In this document: positions 37,241-52,919 of the stretch, piece by piece
Position numbering within the stretch: position 1 is the first letter of the stretch
Layout of the letters: each line of letters opens with the position of its first letter
Assembly: GCA_012295275.1 (NCBI GenBank)
Contig: CM022670.1
Coordinates: 6,200,001 to 6,264,000, forward strand
Reading direction: 5' to 3'
DNA: 64,000 nt
Source of the DNA: Chrysomallon squamiferum
Lineage: Eukaryota; Animalia; Mollusca
Position numbers and translations under genes: made by a program
Notes under the pieces: generated by a model
The model's database searches: none
Told to the model about the DNA's origin: nothing
The model's input: only the letters and a program-made list of their open reading frames with translations

Positions 37241-38390
37241 TAACAGGTTTTATATGACAACAAATCAAACAACTGACTGAAAAGCTTTTCACTAGTAAAA
37301 AAAAAAAAAAAAAAAAAAATTAAATAATCATAAGTAAAAAAAAAAAAAGATCAAAAAATAAAAATAAAAATAAAAATAACAAACCTAATTGATTTTACAT
37401 CGTTTGTTTTCAGTGTATTATAAGAAAAGGTAATATTTTAAGGTGTAAGAAAAAAAAAAAAAGGAAAAGATCTGAAACCATTATCACTCCGCTGTGAAAT
37501 CTTGCAGAGGAGTCTCTCGGGTGTTGTAAAACTACACTGATTGAAAAACGACGACGACAGCTCCGATGTCAAGACGGTGTGATGGTGTTTCAACACTGAC
37601 AAACGCACGTTATTCGTCGCCGAAGTGTTGAATAAATGAATATTTGTTTAAAGATGTCTCAGTATATTTTAATTTTTACTGGACCCATAGAGAACTTGCA
37701 GCAGCATTGACGATATGCTGGGTTAGTATTTTTTTAAGTTAGTAAATTTCGGACACGTGGTAATTTATTATTACACGTGAAAAGAAAGTCGCTGGGTACA
37801 GGTAATACTATCTGAAAATCTTTTACACGCTGTTTTCAATAGGCAGTAACACACGCATGCACGTTCTCACGCACGCACACATACACACATCTTGGATGCA
37901 GCTGTTTCGGGTGCTGATTGGAACAGGAAAAAGGCACAGTAGGTGGAACGAGATTTATGATGCTCTGACGTCACCAGTGACGTTGAACACATCAAACAGA
38001 GAAAACGTAGATGCTTACACATTTTTCATATAAAAAAAGCCTTTGTACATTTATACAGTAACACTGACATATTTATAAACGTATTTATAAACATCATCTC
38101 ATTTTCCCATGCACAATGATTATAATCCAGACATATTTATATACGTATAATTTTGTTCTTCTGCAAAACTGGAGTAATAATCAACTCATCTACAATGATT
38201 CACAGCAGTTGTATAAAACTCAGGACTATTTTTAGAAATCTGTTATTTCAGATCTCAGCTCTACCAATTTATTTTTTTCAGTCTAGCTAAAACATCATTC
38301 AATATGAAACGTTTAAATACAAAGACGAAATAATAAAACTAAGTAAGTAAGTATATAAAATAAAATAAAATAAATTAACTAATTAAAAAA

Positions 38391-38438
<48 letters not shown>

Positions 38439-39566
38439 ATATAAAGTAAATAAATAAAACGATGAAAAAAAATCTGTAAACAACAGCAAAAAACCTCAGC
38501 TAAATCAAAATTAACATTTCTATACAATAGTAGAACAAAAATATAATAATTTTAAAAAGTGAAATAAAATAAATGTAATTAAAATAAATTAATAAGCACT
38601 AAAATTAAATAGAATAAATTAAAAATGTCTTTTTAAAATTATTTGAATCATTTTAAATACAAAATGTTAGGAAGAGTAAATACTGAGTTTTTAATCTTCG
38701 ACCATACAATTACATTGTACATTAACGGAACCAACTTTGAAACAAGGGAAATAACAGCGATCTAGATTAGGTAGCTGTAGTTACGTCCCCTTAGTTTGAA
38801 TTTGCCAATTTTTAAATGATTTTTTTTTTTCGTTATTATTTATGATTATATTTAAAAACTGAAAAGTAATCTGCATCTTTTATGTATCACAATTAATTCT
38901 TTTTTGATCAGGCAATATTGGAATGCTAAAATGTCCAAATAAATAAATAAATAAACAATATATTCTACAATATATAATAACAATAATAGTAGTTTTGAAA
39001 ATTCCTTTTACTGTATTACAATAAAATATATACTTTCAGCTACTTTATTTATTTCTCTCAAAATATTAATACTATAAATTAATTCTTAATCTGGCGTATC
39101 AACTAATATGCTATCAAATACTACTGTATCATATTCGTATGTAACAAACATAGTACAAAAGTACTTATAAGACTGAGCCAATACGATTTGATCACAAAGC
39201 TAAACTAATCTGAAAAAAAAAATTATTTACGAGAATTTTAACTTCAAATTTATGCATATGTAACTTTTCAACAGTCATGAGATTAGAAGATAGTTTCCTT
39301 ATCATTTCTAATAGAAGTTTACAAGTAAATCGATTTCAACAATTTATCCTTTTTGGGATCAGTCAAAAGTCTTAGACCTTTAATAAAGTCTCTTTCGAAT
39401 TTTAAAATATAAATGTTTTCTATACAACAAAATGGTAAATTTAATATATTCATATAAAAAGAAACAGTCATAACCCCCCCCCAAAAAAAGAAACAAATGT
39501 AAACGAGATTATGATAAACGTTGAAAATCCTGTATGGGATATATTGATGGAGAAAAATAGCGATTG

Positions 39567-39696
<130 letters not shown>

Positions 39697-40704
39697 GGCA
39701 CAAAGACAGGGAGAGTGAGACCGCCTCTTAAAGTTATTTATTTTGATACGTTCAGTATTACACGACGTTTAAATGAATAACCTTGTTGGATATTAAAATG
39801 GCTGCTACAGAATATTGCAGTATATGAAACACATTTAGTAAGTATACCTATGTATTCGTTTTGTTTTTTATGTTTTCAAATACATTGAATTGTATTGTTT
39901 GTTTTGTTTATAGTCATGATTAATTAATTAACTGATTTATAGAATTCTGGTATTTATATGTTTTTATGTCTTCTCTGAAGTCTAGTATCCTCGGAAGATA
40001 TAAAAATTGTAAAACATTAATAAAAATCTCACACACATAACAATAGTCGGTTTATTTAGAGCAAAAACATTATTTCTGAGCGCGAGAGAAAACAAAAAAC
40101 AAAACCTAATAATAAATAATAACAATAAATGAAAAAAAAAAAACCCAGCAAGGTACATCTGAGTAATAAACACGATTAACCTGTACACCTGATTGACATA
40201 CCTGTCCCCAGGTGAGTACTTTTATAAAACTGCACATTTAGAACACCGTTTAATACTGTAATGGATTAAATGTTGTTAGTAAGATACGTCATTCATTCAC
40301 ACGGCTGTCGGAATAATAAACAAATGTCTTTCGAGTTACCTCCCGTAGGCTATTCATTTATAAAGGCGGCTTGGACAAAACGTAATAACTCTTGTTGTAT
40401 AGAGAACGCATGTTTAGGAAAGTCGTGCTTAAAGTTACTTCACTTAATACAATCACTGGTTTTAGTAAATTAAACGTGCTCGAAGGACGTGGTTGTTTGT
40501 CATTAAACATATTCGTTGTTAGTCAATTTCCCACAGGTAAATCGCTTTGAAGAGAACATTTTGCATTTAAGGAATATTAACATATTTTATTATTACATCC
40601 AATGTTTTTCTTTAAACGATGTTTTATATTTTGTGTTTGATTTTTGGGGTTTTATGATGAAAAATGGGATCATGGCGGTAAAAACATTTTAAAATAACAA
40701 TGTA

Positions 40705-40748
<44 letters not shown>

Positions 40749-41154
40749 TAGCAATAAAAATATAAAACCTAAAAAATAATAAAGAAATGAATGAAAATTA
40801 CAAATGCATTATATAAAAATTTAAGAACAACAAGTCTTTTATCAAAGTTTATTTTTTAAATCACCTTATTTTATGTAAAACCAGAACTTGGCATGTTTCA
40901 CCAGCAGTGACTATTGCAACTACAATTCAACGAAAATAAAAACTACATATACTATCACTGGGACTATTACTTATACTACTACTTCTTCTATTACTACTAC
41001 TACTACTATTACTACTACTACTACTACTTTTACTACAACTACTGTTACTTTTACTATTACTATTACTACGTCTGCCGTTACTACTGCTATTAGTGCTACT
41101 GTTACTACTATTACTACTGTTGCTGCTATTACTGATTACTGCTACTAGCATTTT

Positions 41155-41190
<36 letters not shown>

Positions 41191-41779
41191 AATTACTGCT
41201 GTGGCTACTAGTACAATATTGAGTTTTAAAAAACATCGTTATTAATACAGTTAATAAAATTAATAATTTTTCTAAAGTTTCTATGTAGTAAAATAGATAT
41301 TAATAGTAGATCACTATTACTTTTACTATATTTTATATAATTTTAATATACAATTATATTTACCTGTACACATTACACACTTTCACAGACAGACAAAATA
41401 CGCATACATACAACAGACATATATATATATTATTACTAAAAGAATGATTCAGTTTTATTATCAATATCTTTAATATATTAAATGCAAATAAATAATTAAA
41501 AAATATTATTTTATTTCAGTAATCACAATTACAGATTATCTGGTAATTTGCAAGTTATAAATATAATCATTTTATATTTTAAAATGATTTATTTTTTATT
41601 ATTACGTTAACATATCTGACTGTTATTAACGTTACCGCTTCTATCATATATTATTTATAAAATAATTATTTAAAACACGACAAAATAATAATTAAACTAA
41701 CATATTTCTTATTTTTAATTTTAACTTAATGTTTCAAGTGTCGCAACTGTCATTAAAATTTATAAACTGCTTTGTTTTC

Positions 41780-42480
41780 GCTGCACACCTGTTATTGTGC
41801 CCAGTTTACAACTACACAGACGTGGTGATGTCTTTATTTTCGCCCTGCTGTTATTTTTGCATGGCAGAGCGGCGCGGGGCAAACCGTTATAATCCTGTCC
41901 AGATTGGTTAATGGTCATTCTGCTGTTTCGGAAAAAGCGGAGATCAAAAGCTTCGCGGTGCTGAAGTGCGGCAGTAAGGAACAGATCTCGTAACGGGTTA
42001 ACGATACAAGTGGACGGTTTTATCGGCGAACAAACACGGCGCGCCACAGGTAGGTGACAAATATTTCAAGCAACTCACACGACCCCCCAAAAATACAAAA
42101 CGAACAGGTTCGTCTCTTCGACATATGGCGAATGATGAACGCAAACTGTCCAATGGCTAAACCGTCACGGTTCGCTGAAGATTTCTGGCGAACCTACTAG
42201 CCAACACATGTTTGGAGAAGGTGCAAAGAAAAGAACTGCCAGACACCCAGCACCGCACATGCTGTAGATGTGTAGAAAAATGTAGCCAGGAACAAAACAA
42301 AACAAATGTTTGACAAATTCGTCGCGAGTCCCCGGGTGACACATGTGCGCTGCCCCCCCCTCACTAATAATTACACCTTTTATCATCCGCTTGTTGCCGC
42401 AGGTCCACGCACAGACCGAGGGCGCGAGACGAGCACGCGCCGGCACGCGACCTCCACGAAAAAAGCTAATGTCACCCATA
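41780..42480. promoter_or_regulatory. GC-rich non-coding island with Hairy/HES-type sites
   Basis: AGCACGCGCCGGCACGCGAC at 42432-42451; CAGGTAGGTG; TAATCC. Confidence 0.5.
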
Positions 42481-42960
42481 TCATGACTGCTTAAAGAAAC
42501 GTTTATTACAATTATTGTGACGACAGTGACGACGACAACAATTACAGCTATTGCTGATACCTGCAGTATTTTTATTACCTCTACAACAACTACTGCTATT
42601 ACTTTTACTGCTTGATCTTTTTTTTTTGCTGCTATTACAACAATAACTGCTTCTTCAACTACCACCACTACATCATCATACCACCCTACTACTGCTATCA
42701 CAACCACTACTACTACCACCACCACCACAACTATTACTACCATTACCATTACTCTTAATACTACTACTATCACTATTGCTGCTACCACCACCAGCACAAC
42801 TACTACTACTTTCACCATCACTACTAGTACTATTATAACTACTACTACGACTACGACTACCACTACCACTACCAGTACCACTACTACTATTACCACTATA
42901 CTATACTACTTCTACTACTATTATTATTACTGCTAATACTACTATCACTACCACCACTAT

Positions 42961-43008
<48 letters not shown>

Positions 43009-43262
43009 CGTTCTTCTACTACCACTACTGTTGTTACTACCGTTTTTACTTATTCTTTAACAAGAAAATGATATGAACTAATTTGCTAATAAACAGAAAG
43101 TATTAAACAATAAAAACAACAACAACAACAACAACAACAACCTAATGTTTAACTAGAAAATGATATGAACTAATTTAATAATAATAATAAAGTTACATTA
43201 AATAATAATAACAACAACAACAACAAATAATAACATTAACACTAATAATAATAACAATAATA

Positions 43263-43299
<37 letters not shown>

Positions 43300-44814
43300 G
43301 TAGTAGTAGTAATAATAGTAATAGTAGTAATAATAACAACACTAATATTAACACTAACACTAATAATAATAATAACAATAATATGACTATGAATATGAAT
43401 ATAAATAATATAGTTGAATCTTAAAAACAAAAAACTATTTTTTGTGTTTTTATTGCTATTATTCATTTATTTAATTATAAATTCAGAATTATTAATAGTA
43501 ATAAATACATAATTATTTTATTAATAAAACAGAAATTATAAATTATAAAACAGGTAAACAAACAAATATAAATTTAGAAAAATAACTAAGATATATATTT
43601 AATTATATTTATGAATTAAAAGCAAATACAACTATATATTATTATATTCAAAATTTATTTTGAAAATACGCACATGCATATTTTACAAACGCAAACACAT
43701 TTTCGTACATTCCACCTTTCCCCCTTTAAAATCCTCGTTAGTACTAAAATTTCATAACATTTATTATCAGACCACGCGCACGGCACGCGACATCACGCGC
43801 CAAATGCAAACTTCGACAAATCTAACTGCGTGATTGCGGACGCTGACATATTGCGGTATTTGGGGAATTCTCGAGCGTTTAATTTGTGTTCGTGTTTACA
43901 CTAAGTTAATAATGTCACTTATATTTAAAATATTTAATTATCTAGAAATTCAGACACACAAAAAAATTAAAAATTAAAAAAAAAAAAAACGTACCGCTTC
44001 CTTCAGCAATAACGTTTACACAGTTAATTAAAGCGCATTTAATAAAATACTGCTTATTAAAATGTAACAAATTATTTATAACTATTAAAAATGATTGTGA
44101 TAATAAAGGAATGAATGAATAAAATAAATAAACGAATAAATTAATAATATAATAAATAAATAAATAAATAAATAAATATATATATATATTACGTTTATAT
44201 ATTATGTATGCATAAATTTGTGTATATATATGCGAGTGTGTGAATGAATGTATGTGTATATATTTATGTGGTGTGTTTGATCTTAATAAATGTATTTATA
44301 TTCATAGATCTTAATAATATTTTCAATAAACCTTTTCTGCAATCATTTTTGTTCTTAATATTTTGCACGATACGCTGTTTATTTAATTTAAGACATACTT
44401 GTTATTATAATTATTTCAAACATACACCTTTGTTAGACATATACAATTACAATAGATATATGTAGATATATTTTATTTATGAACTTTATATATATACAGT
44501 AATATCATTCAGATACAGTACAAAGAAACACAACCATTCCTTTACGTTGTAAAAAAACGTAAGTAGCATGTAAAAAGAATACATAAAATATTAAATTATA
44601 GAAACATAAAAGAGTAACGGATAACATTAAAAAAAGAAAAGAAAAAAGAATAGATAATAATAAAAAAAATAATAAATATTAAAGAATACGAGGTTTTACT
44701 TCATATAATCAAATGTATCATTCATTCATTCATTCATTCATTCATTCATTCATTATTTTTTATAAAAATACAAATACGAAAGTAACCGAACAAACCGAAC
44801 AAAATAGAACCGAA

Positions 44815-44847
<33 letters not shown>

Positions 44848-44878
44848 TTTGTTATATAAAATTAAACCAAAATTTGAG

Positions 44879-44909
<31 letters not shown>

Positions 44910-47900
44910 TTTTCCAATTTAGTAAGTAAATATAAATTATAGATAATTTGTACAAAAAACAAAGTTTTAAAAGTTAAAAATGTCTTAGACTCGGAAATCC
45001 CGTAAAAGAAACCATCTATTTTTTTAATTTTTGTTTTAATGTTTTAAATAGTAAGTTATTAATATCTACATAAAATGATACATAAAATGTCTGTATTTCT
45101 TCACTGATGCAAAGAGAAGATCTCTTTTTGTAAATAAATACTGTAGTTAATTAATTTCATATCTATTTAGTTGTATGTATATATAACAAAACAAAAAATT
45201 AATTACAGTATTTATAAAGAAAACAAAACAAAAACAAAAACGTATTAAAATAATATTTTATATATGCCTTATATATACTTATAATTTTAGTTAGTTAACA
45301 GTTAATTACGAATAAGTATTTTGATAAATTACAATTCTATTATATGCGGAATTTGTCTAGATTTAAATTATTTTCATTATTTTAGTTAGCTCTATAATTA
45401 TATGATACTAATGACTTCTTTGAACGAAATATCTTTTAATAATAATAATAATAATAATAATAAAATATGTTTACATTTAGATTTATTTAAAACGAATCTT
45501 TCTCAACTAAATTATTTAAGCTGCATCAAATTAAAATATTTTTTCTTATCTGACACTTACTTTTGCTGAAAGTAACGTTTTTATTTTATTAAAATATTCT
45601 ATCACTTATTGTACAAAAGTAACATTATGTTTTTAACAAACATTCTTCTGTGAATTTAAACCATTTTGTCCGAATGGTTTCTGAACTTATAGAACAGGTG
45701 TGCATGAAGTAAATAAATAAATAAATAAAATAAATGCAAAATGATACCAAATTTTACTCATTGTTAATCTTTGACTTGAAATGAATAAATAAACGAATTA
45801 ACAAATAAATAAAAATTTGAAAAATGATTAAAATAAATAAGTAAATGAATAGAGAAATAAATAACTATAGTAAAAAATTAAGAAAGAAACGAATAAATAA
45901 AATAAAACAAAGGTAAATAATAAAATAAAATAAAATAAAATAAAATAAAATTCGTTCTTTTTCATACACACGCATCATTTGTAGGCTTTTGATTTTTCAC
46001 TCTAGCGTTTAACAAGAAACTCAGACACACATAACTAAATAACTAAATAAATAAGATTTCACTAACCGTATTTGACGCCACTACGTGTGATACAAGATAG
46101 CACGCATATATACATATTACATACGTGTATACACACACATATATTCAACGCTTAACTAATAATTAATACATTTCCCGCACTAGTCATTCAAATAAACGAC
46201 TCCGTTTCGACAAGGCTAAAAAGAAAGAAATTATTAATACGTCATTAATATTATAACATTAATCGCCGCTGTTCCGCAGATTATTCATAGTAATTGAGTT
46301 GATTTAGTTGAGTTTATCTCAGATGCGCTCAGCACAGTATTTTTTTTTCTTCTTCTCTTTTATAAAAGTTTCATTTCATCATTCATAAGAAATGAGCAGT
46401 AAAAAGCAGAACAAGATTTTAATGAAAACGAAGTGAAAAAAGAAAAGAAAAGAAAAAGGTATACGGTAATTTCCCTACCTGGTGTCCCATCTGATGCGGA
46501 TGATATAAGCCGTAAGAAGACATTGCTCGTGTAGTAATTGTATTATTATTGTTATAATTTTTTAATAAATAAAAAAACTTAAGAGTTATGAATAATCAAA
46601 ACATGTATGAATAGCAATGCTGTTCCTTAGAAGTTATCCTTCGTAAATAATGAGTGAGCTTCCACATTCAGCATTTTAAAGTAGAGACGATAATATTGCA
46701 TTTTTGTAAATCAATGAAGAACCGCGGCGTTGATTGGTGCAGTGACTGCCATATGACATTGGGACGCCCTCAGTCATTATCATTCTAACAACAAACATCA
46801 AAGAATCCGCCGCCAGCCTCGCTTTCAGTTTTTAACCCAACTGCGAACGACCATTCAAGACGAGGTCGCGCTGCTAACGTGAGGTGAAATGAACTACAGG
46901 TGTACTTTTCACGTACGTAAATAAATAAAAACACTGATAAATGATAACTTGATTAGTTTCTTATAAACACGGATCATAGAATGCAATGAATGAAATTCTA
47001 GAGAGAAAAGCGTCGGAGAGGGAGAGAGAAGAGAGACAGAGAGAGAGAGAAAACGAGAAACAAAATTACTGAACATATGTTGAGAAAGCGACTAAATTAA
47101 CTGTCCTTATTTTTAACCGACACGACAGTGTGGAAGATGTTAATTAACTCACCTGACACGAAAGAAACAAATTTAATCTACAGGTAATTTCATTTAATGA
47201 ATCCGTACTAACTTAATTTACTGCTAAACACGCTGGCGCCTGAAAACATATGTCAAAACGTTGCACAGAGTAATGTGAAAATATGCACATTTTATTTTAA
47301 CTAGAATGTAAAGAAATTACCATTTTCTCTATTACAGAGAGATTTATGTGTGTGAAAATAAACGGTCAAGACAGCAAGGATTGTAAGAACATAAATTCTT
47401 ATATACAATGCTAAATCCAATCTAATAGTTCACAGGCTGAAACAGATAAAAAAAAAAAAAAAAAGAAAATAAAGCAATAAAAGAAGAAGAAGAAGAAGAA
47501 GTTGATTCAAAATAATTAAATATAAAAGTAAAAATAATTAATTATGCTAATATTAAAACATACATGTGATTTTTTACACGATTGTTAGCTTTACCTAAAT
47601 TTAAATTTTAATTAATTTCTCACACTTAGATCCATTATTTCGCTGTGTATAATATATTAGATATAGACTTGGAAAAAATAAAATATGCAGAGAATGCTTA
47701 TAATTTATGATGCTTTATTTATCATTTTAAACTATTAAAACAAAATATTATATATAATAAAACGTGAATAAGTGTGATATCACAATTAACTAATATAATT
47801 TTTTTTTATTCTGTTAAGAATGTTTTACAAATATTTATTTCTTCATATTTATTTTTTCTTCTAAGTATGTCTCCTCGTCTCTCTCTATCTGTGTGTACGT

Positions 47901-48193
47901 GCGCGCGTTTTTATTAACATACAAAAAGGACGTTATAAGTTGATGAAAAGATGAAAAGGCATTATACAGATAGAGAGATAGATAGAGAGATAGACAAACG
48001 AAAGGATAGATATATATATAGAGAGATAGATAGATATAAAGACATATATATAGAGAGATAGATATATAGATATATACATTGAGAGAGAGAGATAGATACA
48101 TATTGAGATAGATAGATAGATGGAAGGGTAAAGTCATGCACGTTTGTCAATATATACGCATGTGGCTATCGTGTTTTTCTTCATATAAGACAA

Positions 48194-48238
<45 letters not shown>

Positions 48239-51204
48239 GATAATGATGATCTTGATGATGATAATAATAATAATAATAAAAATAAATAATAATAATACTA
48301 AACACCCTCCCAAAACACAGTTTTTCAAACATAATACAGAACATAACAAATTTATCACTTACAATGACGATCATACATAATAGACTTAAACAATGAATAA
48401 ACATAATTTTTAACAAACTCTACCGAGGTCTCATTCAGAAGTATTCTACACGGCTGAGACACGTGCAGATCGCGTGCGCCGAGAATGTAACAAGTAGATT
48501 GGTAAATCAGGTTCTAATTGTCGACTGAACTGTCAGCACGCACGCAGTCCGCGATCATCGGCATGTTGATTAATTAAGTTTTTCTTCAGGCCCCGCTCCG
48601 TGTGACAGACAGAAAGACAGACGGACCTCCTGCAGCTATCTGCTCTAGATGTGTAAGATTCAGTAACTATGTTCTACACTGCACGCGATCTGTATTCACA
48701 ACTTGGGTCTTAGTTTTAACATAACTGGCTTTATTTTGTTAATACATACAATTGATACACATAAATATGTACGTACGTACATACATAAATAAATACGTGA
48801 AAAAATAAAATCATTAAATAATATACGTTTAGGCTTATATTTAAACTGCTATCTTTGTTATCTATTTTTTTAATTTTTTTTTTTTTTTTTTGTTATCTAT
48901 GTCATTTTTTTTTTTTTTTTTTAAACTACGGAACTATAAATTTTTATTATTATCAAACCTATTACTTTACAGATTACGTTATTCTTTATTAAATGTCATA
49001 ATCTACACTTTGGATTACGTCATTCTTTATTAAACGTCATATATATGATCTCATTCCGTATTAATCATGTGTTATAATGTACAGTTTACTACAAAGTAAT
49101 ACGTTTATTAATGAAGAACATTTTGTTATTTATAGTGCGTTGGTTTTAATGGGATAATGTGTTTGTGAATGTGTGTGTGCGTGCGTGCGTGCGTGCATGT
49201 GTGTGTGTATGTGTGCAATTTAATATATTTATTGCGGCTTGATTTTAAAATGGCTGAAAAAGATCCTGTTCATATAGTTTGTTTCCTCTATAGAATTCTG
49301 TAGCAAAACAATCTTCATTTAAAAATTATATCGTATAAAAATAGAATCAGCAACATATATCAATACACACGAATATTTCACCATCTACACGTGACCAGTG
49401 CACGAATGGTATACCTGTACATATTATAAAATTCAAAAATACAAAAAGAGACGCTTCGTTTAAATTATCATCAGCTCTTCCTGTTCGTTTCTAGCTTACT
49501 TAATTAATGTTGCAACGAAAACTGAATAAAAAAGAAATAATGGAAATAGAATGAAAGAAGAAAGGAAGCAACGATAACAGAAAAGAAAAATTAAAAAAAG
49601 AAGAAAAAAAATTTAGAAAAAAAAAGAAAAGACAAGAAAAAGAAGATTAAATATAATTAAAAAAGGAAAAATTAAGAACAAAAGAAGATATTGTTGAATA
49701 ATAAGAATTAAAATTTAACCCAAGTCATTAATTCTAATGAAAGAATCGTATTATTAGTCTTTAACAACTTTAACAAAAACTTAATTTAATTTGCTTCTTA
49801 TTATTAAATCCTTTTTTCAAAATTCAACTATATACTTAGTAATTTCCTTGATTATATGTAAAAAATGAGAATACTAAATTAATTTTAATTATAAATTGTA
49901 ATAATTTCCTTTAATTAATCAAACAAAATTCCCTGAGTTGTTTTTATACTGACTATAAATTGCATATTTTTTTTGTTGATGTTCGTATTAGAAAGAGACA
50001 CAAGAATAAAATAAATAATAAATTGATATAATTACAATGCTCTAAGGTATATTTATATGTATATGTTATAGTATTAAATTATAATTAATTTTCACTCTAA
50101 TAATTTAAATACATTCAGTTAATACCATCGGCCTTAAGAACATGTAAATATAACAAACGAATGAAAAGTATATAAATAAGAAAAATTTAAAAAAGAGTAA
50201 ACAAAACACGAAAAAAGAATCCAAATTTGTTTTACCTAAATATTTGTTTCTTCTTTTAATTTATGAAAACACGAAATACTACTACAACTACTACTACTAC
50301 TACCACTACTACTATTACTAGTAATAATAATAATAATAATAATAAAAATAATGAAGATCACGGAGTTGTTGCTGATAATAATAAATGAATAAATAAATAA
50401 TTATTAATCGCTGAGAAAATTAAAACTATTTTCCATTGTTTATTTATTTAATTTTTTTCATATTTAACTTAGACATATTATTTTGAAAGGTCTGAAATTG
50501 AGTGCTGTGAGGAAATTATTAATAATTTACAATTATATCAACGTATATGTAATATTACATTCTTCTTCATCTCAGTGTAAAAATACAAACATTCAACAAT
50601 GATATATTACTCAAATGAGAATAATAAAATATATATATATAAAAAATTAACATACGGAATATAAATAACAGTGAGGCCAGTTTCTGTTTTTCAGCTAGTT
50701 CCAGTTCTTCTCTGGTAGTATATAACCAGGTAGAGTTGATTTAAATCTGATTACTTTTAAACAAGTATAATTCTTTTTTTTTTTTATATCAAACTGGTTA
50801 CATAATAGTTACCTATATTGATTTCTTAATAAATATATATTATTTTGAATCAAACTAATTTTAAGAAAGTTATATACAAAGAGTTATATACAAACATATA
50901 TTCTCAGTTTATTATAGTTTCAAGATATTAACAAAAATATTTAGAGAAATGCAACACTTGGAAGCAAAACTAATTAAAATACATGAAGTTACGTACAGAT
51001 AAACTGTTGAAAGATTTTCAGATTTGTTTACTTTGTACTGGTGCGTATTTCAATAGCATCGCGTTACTTCATTTCGGTAAAATCTTGTACGTTCATTGCC
51101 GGTTTTATGTGAAACAGATCTGGGCTTAAACCGAAACTTTTGTTTGAATAATTCGATGGTTTCATACTACACATACAAAATATATATTTAACAAATAAAA
51201 TCCA

Positions 51205-51665
51205 TAAATTTGAATCATTTTGTAATTACGTGTAACATAGAATTTTGGAAATCTGAATGATTCTGTATTTACGTGTAACTCATAAACTCTGGGAAATTTG
51301 AACGATTCTAGACTTAGACGTAAAACAACAATCTAGGAAATTTGAATGATTCTATAGTTTCGTATAACACAAAATATACGAAATTTGAATGATTGCGTAG
51401 TTACGTATAACACAAAATATAGGAAATATGAATGAATGCGTAGTTACGTAAAATTAAAAATTCAGGAAATTTGAATCATTGCGTAGTTACGTATAACACA
51501 TAAAGTGTACGAAATTTGAATGACTGCGTATTTACGTATAACAAAAAAAGAAATACAGGAAATTTGAATGAGTGCGTAGTTACGTATAACACAAAATTAA
51601 TGAAATTTGATAGTTACGTATAACACAAAAAGTATAGGAAATGTGGATTGTTGTTTAGTTACGAC
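51205..51665. repeat. ~43-bp [13 protein letters not shown] (gaaatttgaatgattgcgtagttacgtataacacaaaatatag), ~10-11 copies
   Basis: Directly visible tandem units, more diverged at the ends. Confidence 0.9.
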
Positions 51666-52333
51666 AGAAAAATGCAGAAATTAAAAGTGACAGGTGATGA
51701 ACGATAGACTTGCTAACGCTACTTTCAGGAAACGATTAATAATACATAGACGCGAAGCATTGTCGTCTGCGCTTCACTTCATCATAACAATCCAGGCTCG
51801 TTTCGATTCATTGGAGAAAGCGTACCTTTGTCGTTGTATCGGTATGTCATACGATACAGCTGGCGCTCCGCAACAAAAGAGCCTATTTGTGGCCGTCGTC
51901 GTTTTGTAATCTGATGTCTGTGCGCATCTCAAAACGACAACGGCACGACGGCTTCGACGATGGCGGTGACACACTTTCGACGTAGCCACTTTAGAAATCG
52001 TTGGAAAAACAACCTGATAACGAGTCTCTGATAATAAATCAGTCTGTTTTCACGTTTACGTAATAATAATCATAATTACAAAAATTATATATATTGCATG
52101 AGTTTGCAATTGATTATCAGTAATTCTAGTATGAAAATGGAAATTTTATTATTTTTTATTCATTATTTTTTCAGTAAAATTCTTTTAATCCAGATTTTGA
52201 TGATGATATTGCTGCTGATGATAATCAAAATAAAAAAAAAAAATAAAAAAAACAGAAAAAATAAAATTATAAAAATAAGAAAAATATAAAAGTGCAACAC
52301 CAAAATACAGTTATTTAGACTATTTTTTTTTTT

Positions 52334-52393
<60 letters not shown>

Positions 52394-52669
52394 GTTATAT
52401 TGTTATTATTACTGTTGTTGTGATTTAACTGTTGTTGCTTTTCTTTTTTCTGTTCTTTTTTTTCTTCCAGAAAACTATTATGATAAAACACACTTGAGTC
52501 TAGGTATAAAGGAAAACTGCTATTTTTCTATCAACGGTTAAAGAGTGGTAAATGGAATAATAAATTAAAGAATTGTACTCGATCAATAAAAACACACGTA
52601 GCAGAAAAATGTCAAACAAATCTTTCACCCAAATAATAATAGATAATAATAATAATACCCAAAACCCAA

Positions 52670-52727
<58 letters not shown>

Positions 52728-52919
52728 TAAATATAAATAAATAAATTTAAAAAAAAAAAAAAAAAATTAAAATTTAAAAATCTAAATTAAAATTCAAACT
52801 GAAGTGAAATAAATATAAATATAATTAATAATAAACAAATAATAAAGAAGAAAAAAGATAGAAAGAAAAAAATAAACAAAAAAAAGAGTTAAAATTAAGA
52901 GAAAGATAAAATAAACTTG

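Noticed and set aside
37900-37920. RE1/NRSE-like word TCAGCACCCGAAACAGC (minus strand), and a TTCAGCACC half-site at ~41957-41965
   Set aside because: The critical GGACAG half is mismatched or absent, and canonical REST/RE1 regulation is not established in protostomes
38740-38795. Short imperfect inverted pair aagggaaataac...gttacgtcccctt, reminiscent of non-autonomous DNA element remnants
   Set aside because: Too short and mismatched to call without a repeat library
42165-42896. 243-aa Val-rich ORF and similar poly-Val/Thr/Ile/Leu/Asn/Cys/ER ORFs throughout the window
   Set aside because: Produced by di- and trinucleotide microsatellites; no splice-consistent or domain evidence
45122-45220. 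Imperfect AT-rich hairpin (aaatactgtagttaatt / aattaattacagtattt)
   Set aside because: Short stem in extremely AT-rich DNA; plausible by chance or as a trivial micro-inversion
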